Assembly: GCA_965220745.1 (NCBI GenBank) | Contig: CBDCQT010000012.1 | Location: 4,661 to 68,660, forward strand | DNA: 64,000 nt | Reading direction: 5' to 3' | Source: Alphaproteobacteria bacterium | GTDB taxonomy: Bacteria > Pseudomonadota > Alphaproteobacteria > UBA828 | Part shown: positions 1 to 9,128 of the stretch, one piece after another | Position numbering within the stretch: the stretch's first letter is position 1 | Layout: the number at the start of each line of letters is the position of its first letter | The notes under the pieces: generated by a model | The model's database searches: none | The model's input: only the letters and a program-made list of their open reading frames with translations | Told to the model about the DNA's origin: nothing | Made by a program: the position numbers and the translations under genes

Positions 1-711
1 GATCGGCTCGGTGATGAAGTAGCAGTGATGCGAGGGCTGGATCGGGACGTTCACACCCGCGAGCCGCCCAATCTCGCGCGACCAGATGCCGCAGCAGATC
101 ACCGCGATCTCGCAGCGGATCGTGCCGCGCTCCGTAACGACGGCGGCGACGCGGCCCTGCTCGATCTCGAAGCCGGTAACCGCCGTGTCCTCGAAGAGCC
201 GGGCGCCGTACTGGCGTGCCCCCTTGGCGAGCGCCATGCACGTATCCGACGGGCTCAAGGCGCCGTCGGTGGGGATGTAGAGCGCGCAATCCACGTGATC
301 GATGGTCATGAAGGGAAATAGTGCCTGCGCTTCCTTGGCGGAAATCAGCTCCATCTCGACGCCGAAGGAGCGCGCCGTCGTGATCGCCCGCTCGTACTCG
401 CGCCGACGGTCGCGATTGGAGGCGACCCGCATGCCGCCCGTCCGGTGCCAGCCGGTGGCCTGGCCGGTCTCCTCCTCCAGCGACGCGTAGAGGTCGGCAC
501 CGTAGGCCATGAGCCGGCCGGCATTGGGATCGGTGCGGAACTGCGCAAAAGCGCCGGCGGCGTGCCAGGTCGAGCCCGACGTGAGCTTGGCCTTCTCGAC
601 CAGGACGACATCGTCGCGGCCGTGTTTGGCCAGATGGTACGCGGTGGCACAGCCGATCGCCCCGCCGCCGATAATCACGACGCGCGCCTGGTCGGTAAAC
701 CCCTGGGTCAT
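1..711 (-). CDS. FAD-dependent oxidoreductase, DAO family (sarcosine/dimethylglycine-dehydrogenase-like N-terminal part); 3' end outside window
   Basis: Absent from the ORF track because it runs off the window edge. Reverse translation from the ATG at 711 gives MTQGFTDQARVVIIGGGAIGCATAYHLAKHG... (GxGxxG Rossmann motif), and the frame stays open to position 1. Confidence 0.7.
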   Translation of the reverse strand, partial: MTQGFTDQARVVIIGGGAIGCATAYHLAKHGRDDVVLVEKAKLTSGSTWHAAGAFAQFRTDPNAGRLMAYGADLYASLEEETGQATGWHRTGGMRVASNRDRRREYERAITTARSFGVEMELISAKEAQALFPFMTIDHVDCALYIPTDGALSPSDTCMALAKGARQYGARLFEDTAVTGFEIEQGRVAAVVTERGTIRCEIAVICCGIWSREIGRLAGVNVPIQPSHHCYFITEPI

Positions 712-793
712 CCGCTGCCGTCTCTTTGGCTCAGTGCTTGGCGCGCGCGAGTGTACCAGCGGGGTGTCGGGATCACGAAGCGAGGCCGGGGTG

Positions 794-2314
794 TCAGGCG
801 TTGGCGCGCAGAATGTGGTGGGCCGCGTTGTGACCGGGAGCGCCGGTGACCTCGCCGGCCGGGTGCGTGCCGCCGCCGCAGAGGTAGAAGTTGCGGATTT
901 CGGTATCGTAGCTGAGCCGCCCGTTCAGGAACTGGCTCGGCACGACGTCGAGATGGCGGATGGCGCCGTCGGTGATCCCCGTTCGCTGCTCGATGTCCCA
1001 GGGGCTCATGAACATCCATTCCCGGATGGCGGAGCGGAAGTTGGGAACGAACTGCGTCACGTAGTCGATTACTCCTTCGCCCACCTCTTCGCGGCGCTCC
1101 TCCCAGGTGCCTGTGGCGAGACGGGGAGGCGCGTAGAGACCCCAGATCGAGCAGATGTGCCCGTCCCGATCGGTCAGGGTGTCGTCGTAGAGGGTCGGCA
1201 CCTGAAGGTGGCAGATCGGCTCGCCGCAGGGCTCGCCTGCGCGCATTTCCGCACCCGCCAGGGCGTAGTGATCCAGGCTCGGCGCTATCAGGATGTAAGA
1301 GATCGGCGGGCCATCGTAGCCGTTGAGATAGCCTGAAACGTCCGGGGGCTCATCCATCACGCAATGAAACTTGAAGTAGCCGGTTTCGGTCTTGAGCCGT
1401 TCCACGCGGTCCAGGAGATCGCCCGGCAGGTCTTCTGGCGCGAAGAGAGTGCGGTAGGTGCGCTTGGGATCGGCATTCGAGAGCACGATCTGCGCGCGGA
1501 TCTCTTCGCCCGAGCCGAGGCGCACGCCGGTGGCCGCGCCGTCCTCCACCAGCACCTGCGCGACCGGGGCGTCACAGCGGATCTCGCCGCCCTGCTCTTC
1601 GACCGCCTCGGCCATATAGCGGGTGATGGAGCCCATGCCGCCTTCCACGACGTAGAAGCCGTGTCCGCCGGCGGCGCCGAACTGGAAGAAAACCTCTGCC
1701 CAGGCGCTGCCATTGGCGTAGGGGTCGGCCATATCCTGCACGTAGAGCATCATCGCGCGCACGCGCTCGTCCTCGAAATAGTCAGCCGCGAGGTCGACGA
1801 GGGAGGTGGTCAGAAAGCGCTCCAGCACGGCCTCGTCGCCGTTTTCCCTGGCACGCTCCCAAACGTCGGAGAGCGTCGGCGGGTCGGTCAGCATGTAGGG
1901 CTGCACCAGCCCGGTCGCCCGGCTCCACAGGTCCACCCACTCGGGAAAGCGCTCGGCATCGCGCGCGTTCAGCCGCGCGATCGAATCGATCGTGCGCTCC
2001 ATGTCGTAGTGAAGGAATGCGTGCGAGCCGTCTTCGTAAGGCAGGAACACGGGCGGGTCGATCAGGTGCATGGTCAACCCGCGCGCGTCGAGCCCCATGT
2101 CGTCGCGCACCTTCTGCTCCAGTTTCCACATGACGTAGGAGCAGGACGAGACGCGGTAGCCCTCGAAAAGCTCTTCGGTCGCGCACGCACCGCCGACGAA
2201 CGGCCTTCGCTCGCAGAGCAGCACCTTGCGCCCGGCACGCGCCAGATAGAAGGCAGCGACCAGCCCGTTGTGGCCGGCGCCGACGATGATCGCGTCGTAT
2301 TGTGAGTCCGCCAT
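794..2314 (-). CDS. NAD(P)/FAD-dependent oxidoreductase, phytoene-desaturase (CrtI)-like
   Basis: Internal start MADSQYDAIIVGAGHNGLVAAFYLARAG (GxGxxG) within track ORF 794..2398. Length and C-terminal motif ...LCGGGTHPAGEVTGAPGHNAA are typical of the amine-oxidase/CrtI fold. Confidence 0.75.
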   Translation of the reverse strand: MADSQYDAIIVGAGHNGLVAAFYLARAGRKVLLCERRPFVGGACATEELFEGYRVSSCSYVMWKLEQKVRDDMGLDARGLTMHLIDPPVFLPYEDGSHAFLHYDMERTIDSIARLNARDAERFPEWVDLWSRATGLVQPYMLTDPPTLSDVWERARENGDEAVLERFLTTSLVDLAADYFEDERVRAMMLYVQDMADPYANGSAWAEVFFQFGAAGGHGFYVVEGGMGSITRYMAEAVEEQGGEIRCDAPVAQVLVEDGAATGVRLGSGEEIRAQIVLSNADPKRTYRTLFAPEDLPGDLLDRVERLKTETGYFKFHCVMDEPPDVSGYLNGYDGPPISYILIAPSLDHYALAGAEMRAGEPCGEPICHLQVPTLYDDTLTDRDGHICSIWGLYAPPRLATGTWEERREEVGEGVIDYVTQFVPNFRSAIREWMFMSPWDIEQRTGITDGAIRHLDVVPSQFLNGRLSYDTEIRNFYLCGGGTHPAGEVTGAPGHNAAHHILRANA

Positions 2315-2472
2315 GGCGCCGTCCTCCTCCCTGCGGGCATTGGATACCCAGCTTGCAACCGGTGGCCCCGCTCGGGCAAGGGCGCCGCCTCGCTCCAAGA
2401 CGCCCGATGACTCAGGCGATGGGTCGGGTAGACTGATGGAGGATGAGAGTCACCAGGGAGAGGAGGGAGAAG

Positions 2473-2853
2473 ATGCTCGACTATGTGACGCTGAAGGACG
2501 AGGGCGGCCTGGAGCCGTGGCCGCCGCTGGAGGAGCTGCCGTTCGTGAACGTGCTCGACGGCAACCCGGTGCACGAGGGGCGTTTCGATCTGGGCGGCTT
2601 CGGCATGCGCACGATGGCAGGTGTCTGGCAGTGCACGCCGGGCAGTTTCGAATACACCTACCCCGGCGACGAGATCTGCACCCTGCTCCAGGGCAAGATC
2701 CACGTGACCGAGCAGGACGGCACCACCCACACCTATACTGCCGGCGACATCTTTTACACGAACAAGGGCGAGAAGGTGACCTGGGTCATCGAGGAGACCG
2801 TCCGCAAGGTCTTCTTCATTCACGATCCCGAGTCCGAGCAGCTCGCCGCCTAG
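2473..2853 (+). CDS. small cupin protein (DUF861/cupin_3-like)
   Basis: The ATG at 2473 is preceded by a GGAGGGAG RBS. The sequence ...GVWQCTPGSFEYTYPGDEICTLLQGKIHVTEQDG...GDIFYTNKGEKVTWVIEETVRKVFF is paralogous to the 7245..7598 product. Confidence 0.7.
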   Translation: MLDYVTLKDEGGLEPWPPLEELPFVNVLDGNPVHEGRFDLGGFGMRTMAGVWQCTPGSFEYTYPGDEICTLLQGKIHVTEQDGTTHTYTAGDIFYTNKGEKVTWVIEETVRKVFFIHDPESEQLAA

Positions 2854-2969
2854 GCGAGGGTCTCACATCCCGGCGGCGCCGCGCCGTGCGCTCATGCGCG
2901 TGGCGCGCCCGTCGCGACCACTTTGGGGTTCCAAATCAGCGTCGGCCGCTCCAGACAAGCGAGGCAACC

Positions 2970-3872
2970 ATGAACGAAGTGCGTTCAATCGACCGGCATG
3001 CGTCGGCCGACGAGGCGATGGCGATCCTCGAAGAGGATGGTGCCGTCATCTACCGCCAGGTCGTCGATGACGAGGCGATCGACAGAGTCAATACCGAGCT
3101 CGAGCCCTTCCTGTCACGCGCCTACTACGGTGAGGGCGAGTTCTGGGGGAACAAGACGAAGCGGGTCAGCTCCCTGGTCGCGAAGTCCAAGAGCTACGGC
3201 GAAGAGCTTGCCACGTGCCCGCAGATCCTTGGCGTGATGGACCGCCTTCTGCTGCCGCGCTGCGAACGCTACCAGCTTCACGTCACCCAGGCGGTGCGGA
3301 TCGGCCCCGGTCAGGGACTGCAGATCATCCACCGCGACGACGCACTGATGCCCTTCCGCCATCCTGGGCCGCAATGCCTGTGCAACACGATGTGGGCGCT
3401 CACCGACTTCACATACGAGAACGGCGCCACCAACGTGGTTCTGGGAAGCCATGTCTGGGACGATGACACTTACCCCGACGACGACACCCCGAGAGCCTAT
3501 GCCGTCATGCCGCGCGGCTCGTGCCTGATCTATCTGGGCTCGGTCTATCACGGCGGCGGCCAGAACAATACCGAGGACGAGTGGCGCACTGGCGCGATCA
3601 CCGGCTACAGCCTGGGATGGCTGCGTCAGGAGGAGAACCAGTACCTCGCGGTCCCTCCGGCCGTGGCAAAAGACCTGCGCGAGGACGTGCAGCACCTGAT
3701 CGGCTACCACCTGCACGACTTCTTCCTGGGATGGGTCGAGGGGCACGATCCTCACATCGTGTTGGAGGATCGCTACAGTGATGTCATGCCGGCGGCCTCG
3801 GAGGGCGGCGAGTATGTCGACGATACCTTCGTCTTCAAGGCTGCGACGCTTGGCGAGCCGAGCAGGCACTGA
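2970..3872 (+). CDS. phytanoyl-CoA dioxygenase (PhyH) family Fe(II)/2-oxoglutarate oxygenase
   Basis: Real start MNEVRSIDRHASADEAM... lies inside the 534-aa track ORF. PhyH-like HRDD (HxD) motif and ...SVYHGGGQN (distal His). Confidence 0.8.
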   Translation: MNEVRSIDRHASADEAMAILEEDGAVIYRQVVDDEAIDRVNTELEPFLSRAYYGEGEFWGNKTKRVSSLVAKSKSYGEELATCPQILGVMDRLLLPRCERYQLHVTQAVRIGPGQGLQIIHRDDALMPFRHPGPQCLCNTMWALTDFTYENGATNVVLGSHVWDDDTYPDDDTPRAYAVMPRGSCLIYLGSVYHGGGQNNTEDEWRTGAITGYSLGWLRQEENQYLAVPPAVAKDLREDVQHLIGYHLHDFFLGWVEGHDPHIVLEDRYSDVMPAASEGGEYVDDTFVFKAATLGEPSRH

Positions 3873-4025
3873 CGCGGACTTTTCCTCACGGTCGCGGCCC
3901 GCGCGCGCAACCGCCGGAAAAGGCGGGCAGTCTTGCCGGTTCGTTCCGGGCTGGCGTAAGCTGAACTCGGCAATCAACGAGGCACTCGGCTGTCGTAGCC
4001 GGGCCGATTTCGGGAAGGCGAGCCA

Positions 4026-4409
4026 ATGTCGAGCACCCTCGAATCACAACGGCGCATGGTCAACCTCGATACGGCGGAGTTCGTGCCGTACGGGCTGCAG
4101 GGATCGGAGCAGTCCGACCTTACCTGGTGCAACGTCAGCTACAACGAGGCAGAGGGCGGCGGCTGTTTCCTGATTCGATTCAAGCCCGGTGGAACCTCGA
4201 TCCCGCACGAACACGTGGGCTACGAGGAGTTCCTGATCCTCGACGGCGAGATCGAGGACTGCGATGGCGCCATCTACAAGAAGAACGACCTCGTGTCTCT
4301 CAAGCCCGGCTCCAAGCACTTCTCGGTGTCGCACACCGGTTGCACTGTCGCAGTCTTCATTCGCGGCGGCTTCCGCACGCTGGAGAAAGACGAGCCGGTC
4401 GACGCCTGA
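4026..4409 (+). CDS. ChrR-like cupin domain protein
   Basis: ...FLIRFKPGGTSIPHEHVGYEEFLILDGEIEDCDG...LKPGSKHFSV cupin motifs; tandem paralog follows. Confidence 0.7.
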   Translation: MSSTLESQRRMVNLDTAEFVPYGLQGSEQSDLTWCNVSYNEAEGGGCFLIRFKPGGTSIPHEHVGYEEFLILDGEIEDCDGAIYKKNDLVSLKPGSKHFSVSHTGCTVAVFIRGGFRTLEKDEPVDA

Positions 4410-4436
4410 GCGCCAACCGTGCAAGCGAGGGCCCGG

Positions 4437-4847
4437 ATGAGCACGTCCCTCGCATCCTTTCGCACGGTCGTGAACGTCGAGACCGCGACCTTTGGCACGG
4501 AACCGCCCCACCGCATGATGCGCGCAGTCTGTGCCGATCGTCCGGCGCGTGGCAGCGTCACCTACTGCAACATCAGCTATGACGCGGACGCGGGCGAAGG
4601 CTGCTACCTGATACGCTTTGCGCCGGGGACGTCATCGACGCCCCACGAGCACATCGGCTACGAGGAGTTCCTGGTGCTCGACGGGACGCTGACCGATTGC
4701 GACGGCTCGGTCTACCGCCGCAACGACTTCGTCTCACTGAAGCCGGGCTCTAAACACGTCTCGGTCTCGGAGGACGGCGCCACGCTCGCGGTGTTTATCC
4801 GCGGCGGTTTTCGCGCGCTCGACGAGAACGAGGACGTTCACCGCTAA
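4437..4847 (+). CDS. ChrR-like cupin domain protein (tandem paralog)
   Basis: ...YLIRFAPGTSSTPHEHIGYEEFLVLDGTLTDCDG...LKPGSKHVSV. Start chosen at MSTSLASF by alignment with the upstream paralog MSSTLESQ. Confidence 0.7.
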   Translation: MSTSLASFRTVVNVETATFGTEPPHRMMRAVCADRPARGSVTYCNISYDADAGEGCYLIRFAPGTSSTPHEHIGYEEFLVLDGTLTDCDGSVYRRNDFVSLKPGSKHVSVSEDGATLAVFIRGGFRALDENEDVHR

Positions 4848-4871
4848 CGGTGTGTAGGTCGCTGCGCTCCG

Positions 4872-6266
4872 CTACTCGGCTGCTTCGGCTTCGGCGAGCT
4901 CGGCGCTGAGCCTCGCGATCAGGGCGCGTTTAGCGTCGTCGTCGAGCTTCTTCAGCTCGTTGTTCATGGCGCGCTCGTTGACCGACTGGTTCCAGTAGTC
5001 GAGGGCCTCGAACCCGAGCAGTGCCCACTTGCCGACAAACTGGCGCAGCACCTCGTTGGTCGGCCCCATGATCCAGCCGGCCTTCGCGTCCCTGACCACG
5101 CGCTCGATGACGAGGCTCTTCTTGTAGCCGGTGCCGCCGCAGGCGTTCAGCATGCGGTCGGCGACCGTGTAGACGCTCTTGCTCGCGATGTATTTCGCCT
5201 TCCAGCTCCAGGTCAGGAACTCCGACCGGGGCAGCAGGTCGAGATCGTCCTCGTGGATCGTCCAGTCGCAGTTGTTGGTGACGGCATCGAGTTGCTGGGC
5301 GACGGCGAAGGTGTAAACGCGCGAGGCTTGGGTATCCATGATTGCATCGCCGAAATAGTCCTGGATGGACGGATAGTCGCAGACGCGCATGCCCACGTCC
5401 GCATGGGTCGTGCGCGTCACCTGCCGCTTGGCGAGGTCAATCGCGCCCATGCCGAGGCCGTTGTATGACGCGGCGAGCATCAAGAGGCCGATCGGGTCCA
5501 GTCCCTCGTCGTTCGAGCGGGCGCCGTCGCCGGGCGGTCCCACCATGCGATCGGCCGGCACCTCCACGTCCGTGATCTCGATCGGCCCCGACTGATTGCC
5601 GCGCATACCCATCGCGTCCCAGCTCGCGGGGTGCGCGACGACCTCGTCGGCGTAGATCAGGAACACGGAGAGATCGGAGAAGTCGCCGTCAAAGTCCGGG
5701 CTGGTGGTCTGCGCCACGTAGAAGTCCGCGAACCCGCCTGACGTGGTCCATGAGGACTTCTTGTTGACCCGCCAGCCACCGTCGATCTTCTCGGCCTTCG
5801 ACGCCATCGGATACCAGAAGTGCGAGCCGGTCTCGGGGTCGGAGTAGGACGCGGTGCCGATGAACACGTCGCGGTTCATCCTCCGCAGCGTCCTCTGGAT
5901 CTCGGGATTGCCGCCTGCGCGGAGCAGCAGCGCGCTGACCGCGAGCAGATGCATGGTGTAGACCAGCGCCGTGCTGGCACAACCGTAGCGGGCGATCGTC
6001 TCCAGCACCATCGCCACGCAGACGTGGTTCTGCCCCATGCCGCCGTACTTCTTCGGCACGTGAAGGGCGAGCAGGTCCTGGGAGGCGAGCGCTTCCATGC
6101 TCTTGCGCGGAAAGATGCTGTCGCGGTCGCATTCGATGGCATGTGGCGCGATGGTCGAGTGGCAGAGTTCGATCAGCCGGGCCTGAATCTCCCTCTGCTC
6201 ATCGGTCAGATACCATTGTGGATCGAAGTCATAGGACAATCCGAAATAGGGCTCACCGCCCCACAT
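4872..6266 (-). CDS. acyl-CoA dehydrogenase-fold flavoprotein (possibly an oxidase/monooxygenase rather than a true ACAD)
   Basis: ACAD N-terminal, middle and C-terminal domain pattern. Start MWGGEPYF follows a GGGAGAG RBS. The canonical C-terminal YEG(T/S)xE is replaced by WIMGPTNE. Ends in a ~50-aa charged helical tail. Confidence 0.75.
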   Translation of the reverse strand: MWGGEPYFGLSYDFDPQWYLTDEQREIQARLIELCHSTIAPHAIECDRDSIFPRKSMEALASQDLLALHVPKKYGGMGQNHVCVAMVLETIARYGCASTALVYTMHLLAVSALLLRAGGNPEIQRTLRRMNRDVFIGTASYSDPETGSHFWYPMASKAEKIDGGWRVNKKSSWTTSGGFADFYVAQTTSPDFDGDFSDLSVFLIYADEVVAHPASWDAMGMRGNQSGPIEITDVEVPADRMVGPPGDGARSNDEGLDPIGLLMLAASYNGLGMGAIDLAKRQVTRTTHADVGMRVCDYPSIQDYFGDAIMDTQASRVYTFAVAQQLDAVTNNCDWTIHEDDLDLLPRSEFLTWSWKAKYIASKSVYTVADRMLNACGGTGYKKSLVIERVVRDAKAGWIMGPTNEVLRQFVGKWALLGFEALDYWNQSVNERAMNNELKKLDDDAKRALIARLSAELAEAEAAE

Positions 6267-6484
6267 CTTCGTCACGGCAGACTCTCCCTTCGTGGTGAAG
6301 CGCGATGCGACAACAGCGCTGCATTCTAGTGCTCTGATCGAGAAGTTCGAGTGGGTTGACGGGGTGCCCGCTGCCACGTCATGGCCGGACTCGTGTTCGT
6401 CGGTGGGGTCCGAGACTCGTCGGTGCCCTGCGTTTAGCGGAGGTAGTATGCTGCGCTGCGGATCGAGCATTTCCGGAGACGAGC

Positions 6485-7132
6485 GTGCCGCGCCGGTTGG
6501 ACATTGCCCAAGTCAACATCAGCGGCATTGCGGTGCTTACGTTGTTGGCCGGGCTGGTTGCCGCCGCCACGATCGACCCTCCCTCCGAGAACCGCGTCCC
6601 GAAAATCAGCGATGAAGACCGGCGGTTGACCGCCTATCACGAGGCCGGTCATGCCCTGATCGCCGCCACTCTCCCGGCGGGCGGGGAGATCCTGCAAGTG
6701 ACCATCGTCTCGCGCTGGGGCGTGCTTGGCAGCGTGACCCGCGTTCCAGCGGATGGCGATCTGGACGACGAAGCACGGCGAGCACGCAAGGAGGCGGAGC
6801 TCGCCATTGCTCTGGGCGGTCTGATCGCCGAGGAGATCGCAAGCGGCGATGACGCGATGACTGAGGCCATGACGTCCGATATCAAAGCGGCGGAAAGGAT
6901 CGCATACGACTTGCTTGGCGGTCCCGAGGCCGGCCTTACGGTCGCGGAGGCCGAGGCAGGCGTGCGCCTCTTGATGAGTGATGCGGAACGCCGTGCACGC
7001 GACATTCTAATCAGTCGCGAGGGGCAGCTTCACAGTCTCGCCACCGCTCTTCTGGAACACGGCACGTTGGAGGCGGTGGACATTGCGGACGTTCTCAAGG
7101 GCCGCACCGTGACCAGGATCGTCAGCAATTGA
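6485..7132 (+). CDS. membrane-anchored FtsH-type M41 zinc peptidase domain without AAA+ ATPase module
   Basis: A predicted TM segment [19 protein letters not shown] is followed directly by ...[18 protein letters not shown]... (HEXXH) and ...[11 protein letters not shown]. The start (GTG 6485) is uncertain and the frame is open from 6356. Confidence 0.6.
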   Translation: [215 protein letters not shown]

Positions 7133-7244
7133 TGGCGTGCCCCGCGGCGCGCGAAGCTGTTTTTCCTTGCATCGCGTTGCGCAACTTTCCCGCCCTGTCG
7201 ACCGGAACGTGCCGCGCCTGCCGTCTCAACGGTGAAGAGTTTTA

Positions 7245-7598
7245 CTACCGCACCATGTAGACCTTGCGCACGGTCTCGACGACCTCACACGCGCCCTTCC
7301 AGCCGGTGGGGAAGGCGCAGGTCATACCGGCGGCAATTTCGATCACCGCGCCGTCGTCCTCCGTATAGACCGCACGGCCGGCGAGCACATAGAAAAACTC
7401 GTCGTTCTCGACCTCGCAGCGCCAACGCCCCGGCGTGCATTCCCAGAGCCCCATCTCCGACGAACGGTTCTCGTTCCGAAACAGGATCAGGCCGCTCGTG
7501 CGAGAGACCGGCTCGCCGATCGGCTTGGCGATCTCCCCCCAGTCGGTGAAGGATGCCGGATCGAGCGCGGCGGCATTCGCCAACACGTGCGCAGGCAT
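7245..7598 (-). CDS. small cupin protein (DUF861/cupin_3-like)
   Basis: MPAHVLANAA...GLWECTPGRWRCEVENDEFFYVLAGRAVYTEDDG...TVRKVYMVR. The ATG lies 2 nt after the stop of the upstream GT1 gene. Confidence 0.7.
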   Translation of the reverse strand: MPAHVLANAAALDPASFTDWGEIAKPIGEPVSRTSGLILFRNENRSSEMGLWECTPGRWRCEVENDEFFYVLAGRAVYTEDDGAVIEIAAGMTCAFPTGWKGACEVVETVRKVYMVR

Positions 7599-7600
7599 TT

Positions 7601-8890
7601 CTAAAGGCGCTCCAGCAGGTCGTTGATGGCGTTGGCGGCACGCATACGGCCATTCTGTGCCTGCATGTACTCGCTGGTCGCCGCGACGTTGGCGCGCATT
7701 TCCTGGTCGGTCAGCGTCTTCTCGATGTTCGACAACAGCTCTGCGTCGGTCCAGTCGTAGCGGTGCATCCCGATGCCGTGCTTTGTGTCGTTGACGCGCT
7801 GGGCATTGTCGTGGCCGTCCCAGACGAAAGGCATCACGATGGGCGGGATGCCGAAATAGAGGCTCTCGTTGAAGCTGTTGTTGCCGCCATGCTGGATGAA
7901 GGCGTCGACATGGGGCAGCACCGCGGTTTGACGATACCACGACGCGATCTGCACGTTGTCCGGCGGTGTGTCGTACTGCTCGACGTAGTCTCCCACGTTG
8001 ACCAGCACGCGGTAGGGCGCGTTGGCGAGCACGCCGATGATGCGCTTGATGAGATCGACGTCGGCGACGCCAAGGCTGCCATAGCTGAAATAGATTAGCG
8101 GCTTGTCGTTGTTCGCTTTGAAGGTTGGCACTTCATAGGGCTCGCTTTCCTCCCGCACGCAGCCGTCGAGATAGACGAACTTCTCGGGATCGAGAGGGTT
8201 CCGCCGCGTGAAGCGCAACGGCTTGGGATAAAGCAGCAGATTGAGATATGGCGACGGCAGCACGAACTCCGGGAACGGCAGCCGTTCGCACCCTTGGGCT
8301 TCAAGAAAGTCGTTGAAGCCATCGTGGACCGGCTTGAGCTCTTTCTCGAACTCCGCCCGATAGGCTGCGAAGCATTCCTTGTCGTTCTCGCCGCAACCGG
8401 ACAGATGAGGCGGAATGTCTGGGTCGATAATCTCGTTCTCCGAGCACGAAATCATGCGCGCCCAAGGGCAGCCTGCCTGCTGCGTGGCGGGGTAGAGCGC
8501 GACATTGTCGTTGATGATCAGATCGGGAGCGATCTCGGCAAAGACCTTGTCGAGCCCGTTCTTCACCGACCATTCGGAGGTGTAGATGATCGCCTCCCAA
8601 CAGCCTTTCACGTAGGTGGCGATCTGATCGTAGGCCGAAGTCTTGAAGGTCGGCATGTATCGGATCATGAAATCGTCCCAGTAGGCCGCTTGCGCCTCCG
8701 GGCTCATCGGCTCCATGCAGGAGACGTAGCGCTCGTCGAAGCCATAGCTTTCGACAGAACCCTTGAGACCGGGCTCGAGCACGAAGACAGGTTCGTGGCC
8801 CATATCCCGCAGGCCCTGGCAAATGCCCACTAGGTTCATTACGGGACCGATAGCACCGGGTTCGGGGAACACCGCGATCTTCTTTCCCAT
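7601..8890 (-). CDS. family 1 (GT-B, UDP-dependent) glycosyltransferase, MGT/UGT-like
   Basis: 429 aa. C-terminal nucleotide-sugar signature ...FIQHGGNNSFNESLYFGIPPIVMPFVWDGHDNAQRV. Confidence 0.8.
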   Translation of the reverse strand: MGKKIAVFPEPGAIGPVMNLVGICQGLRDMGHEPVFVLEPGLKGSVESYGFDERYVSCMEPMSPEAQAAYWDDFMIRYMPTFKTSAYDQIATYVKGCWEAIIYTSEWSVKNGLDKVFAEIAPDLIINDNVALYPATQQAGCPWARMISCSENEIIDPDIPPHLSGCGENDKECFAAYRAEFEKELKPVHDGFNDFLEAQGCERLPFPEFVLPSPYLNLLLYPKPLRFTRRNPLDPEKFVYLDGCVREESEPYEVPTFKANNDKPLIYFSYGSLGVADVDLIKRIIGVLANAPYRVLVNVGDYVEQYDTPPDNVQIASWYRQTAVLPHVDAFIQHGGNNSFNESLYFGIPPIVMPFVWDGHDNAQRVNDTKHGIGMHRYDWTDAELLSNIEKTLTDQEMRANVAATSEYMQAQNGRMRAANAINDLLERL

Positions 8891-9128
8891 CCCATTCTCT
8901 CTCTCTTGCCAGTGGTTGTGCCGGGCCTGTCCACCCGGAGTGCGCTTCTTCTCCTGTGCGAGCGCGGCCGGCGACGAAACCGGTTGTCGGGTATTTGTGT
9001 CCGAGGCCGTAGATTACTATACAGAGTGAGCGTCGCCGAATGCCTCGCGGACCAGCGCAAGGACCCGACATCATTACCTATAGGGGCGCCTCGGTGAGCG
9101 ACGCGCACATCACCTCGGGCCGGTCGAG

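Noticed and set aside
2268-2969. N-terminal 234 codons of track ORF 2268..3872. The same situation applies to 37628..38827 and 52682..53506.
   Set aside because: These are read-through of intergenic regions or other genes in an open frame. The recognisable protein begins at an internal ATG in each case.
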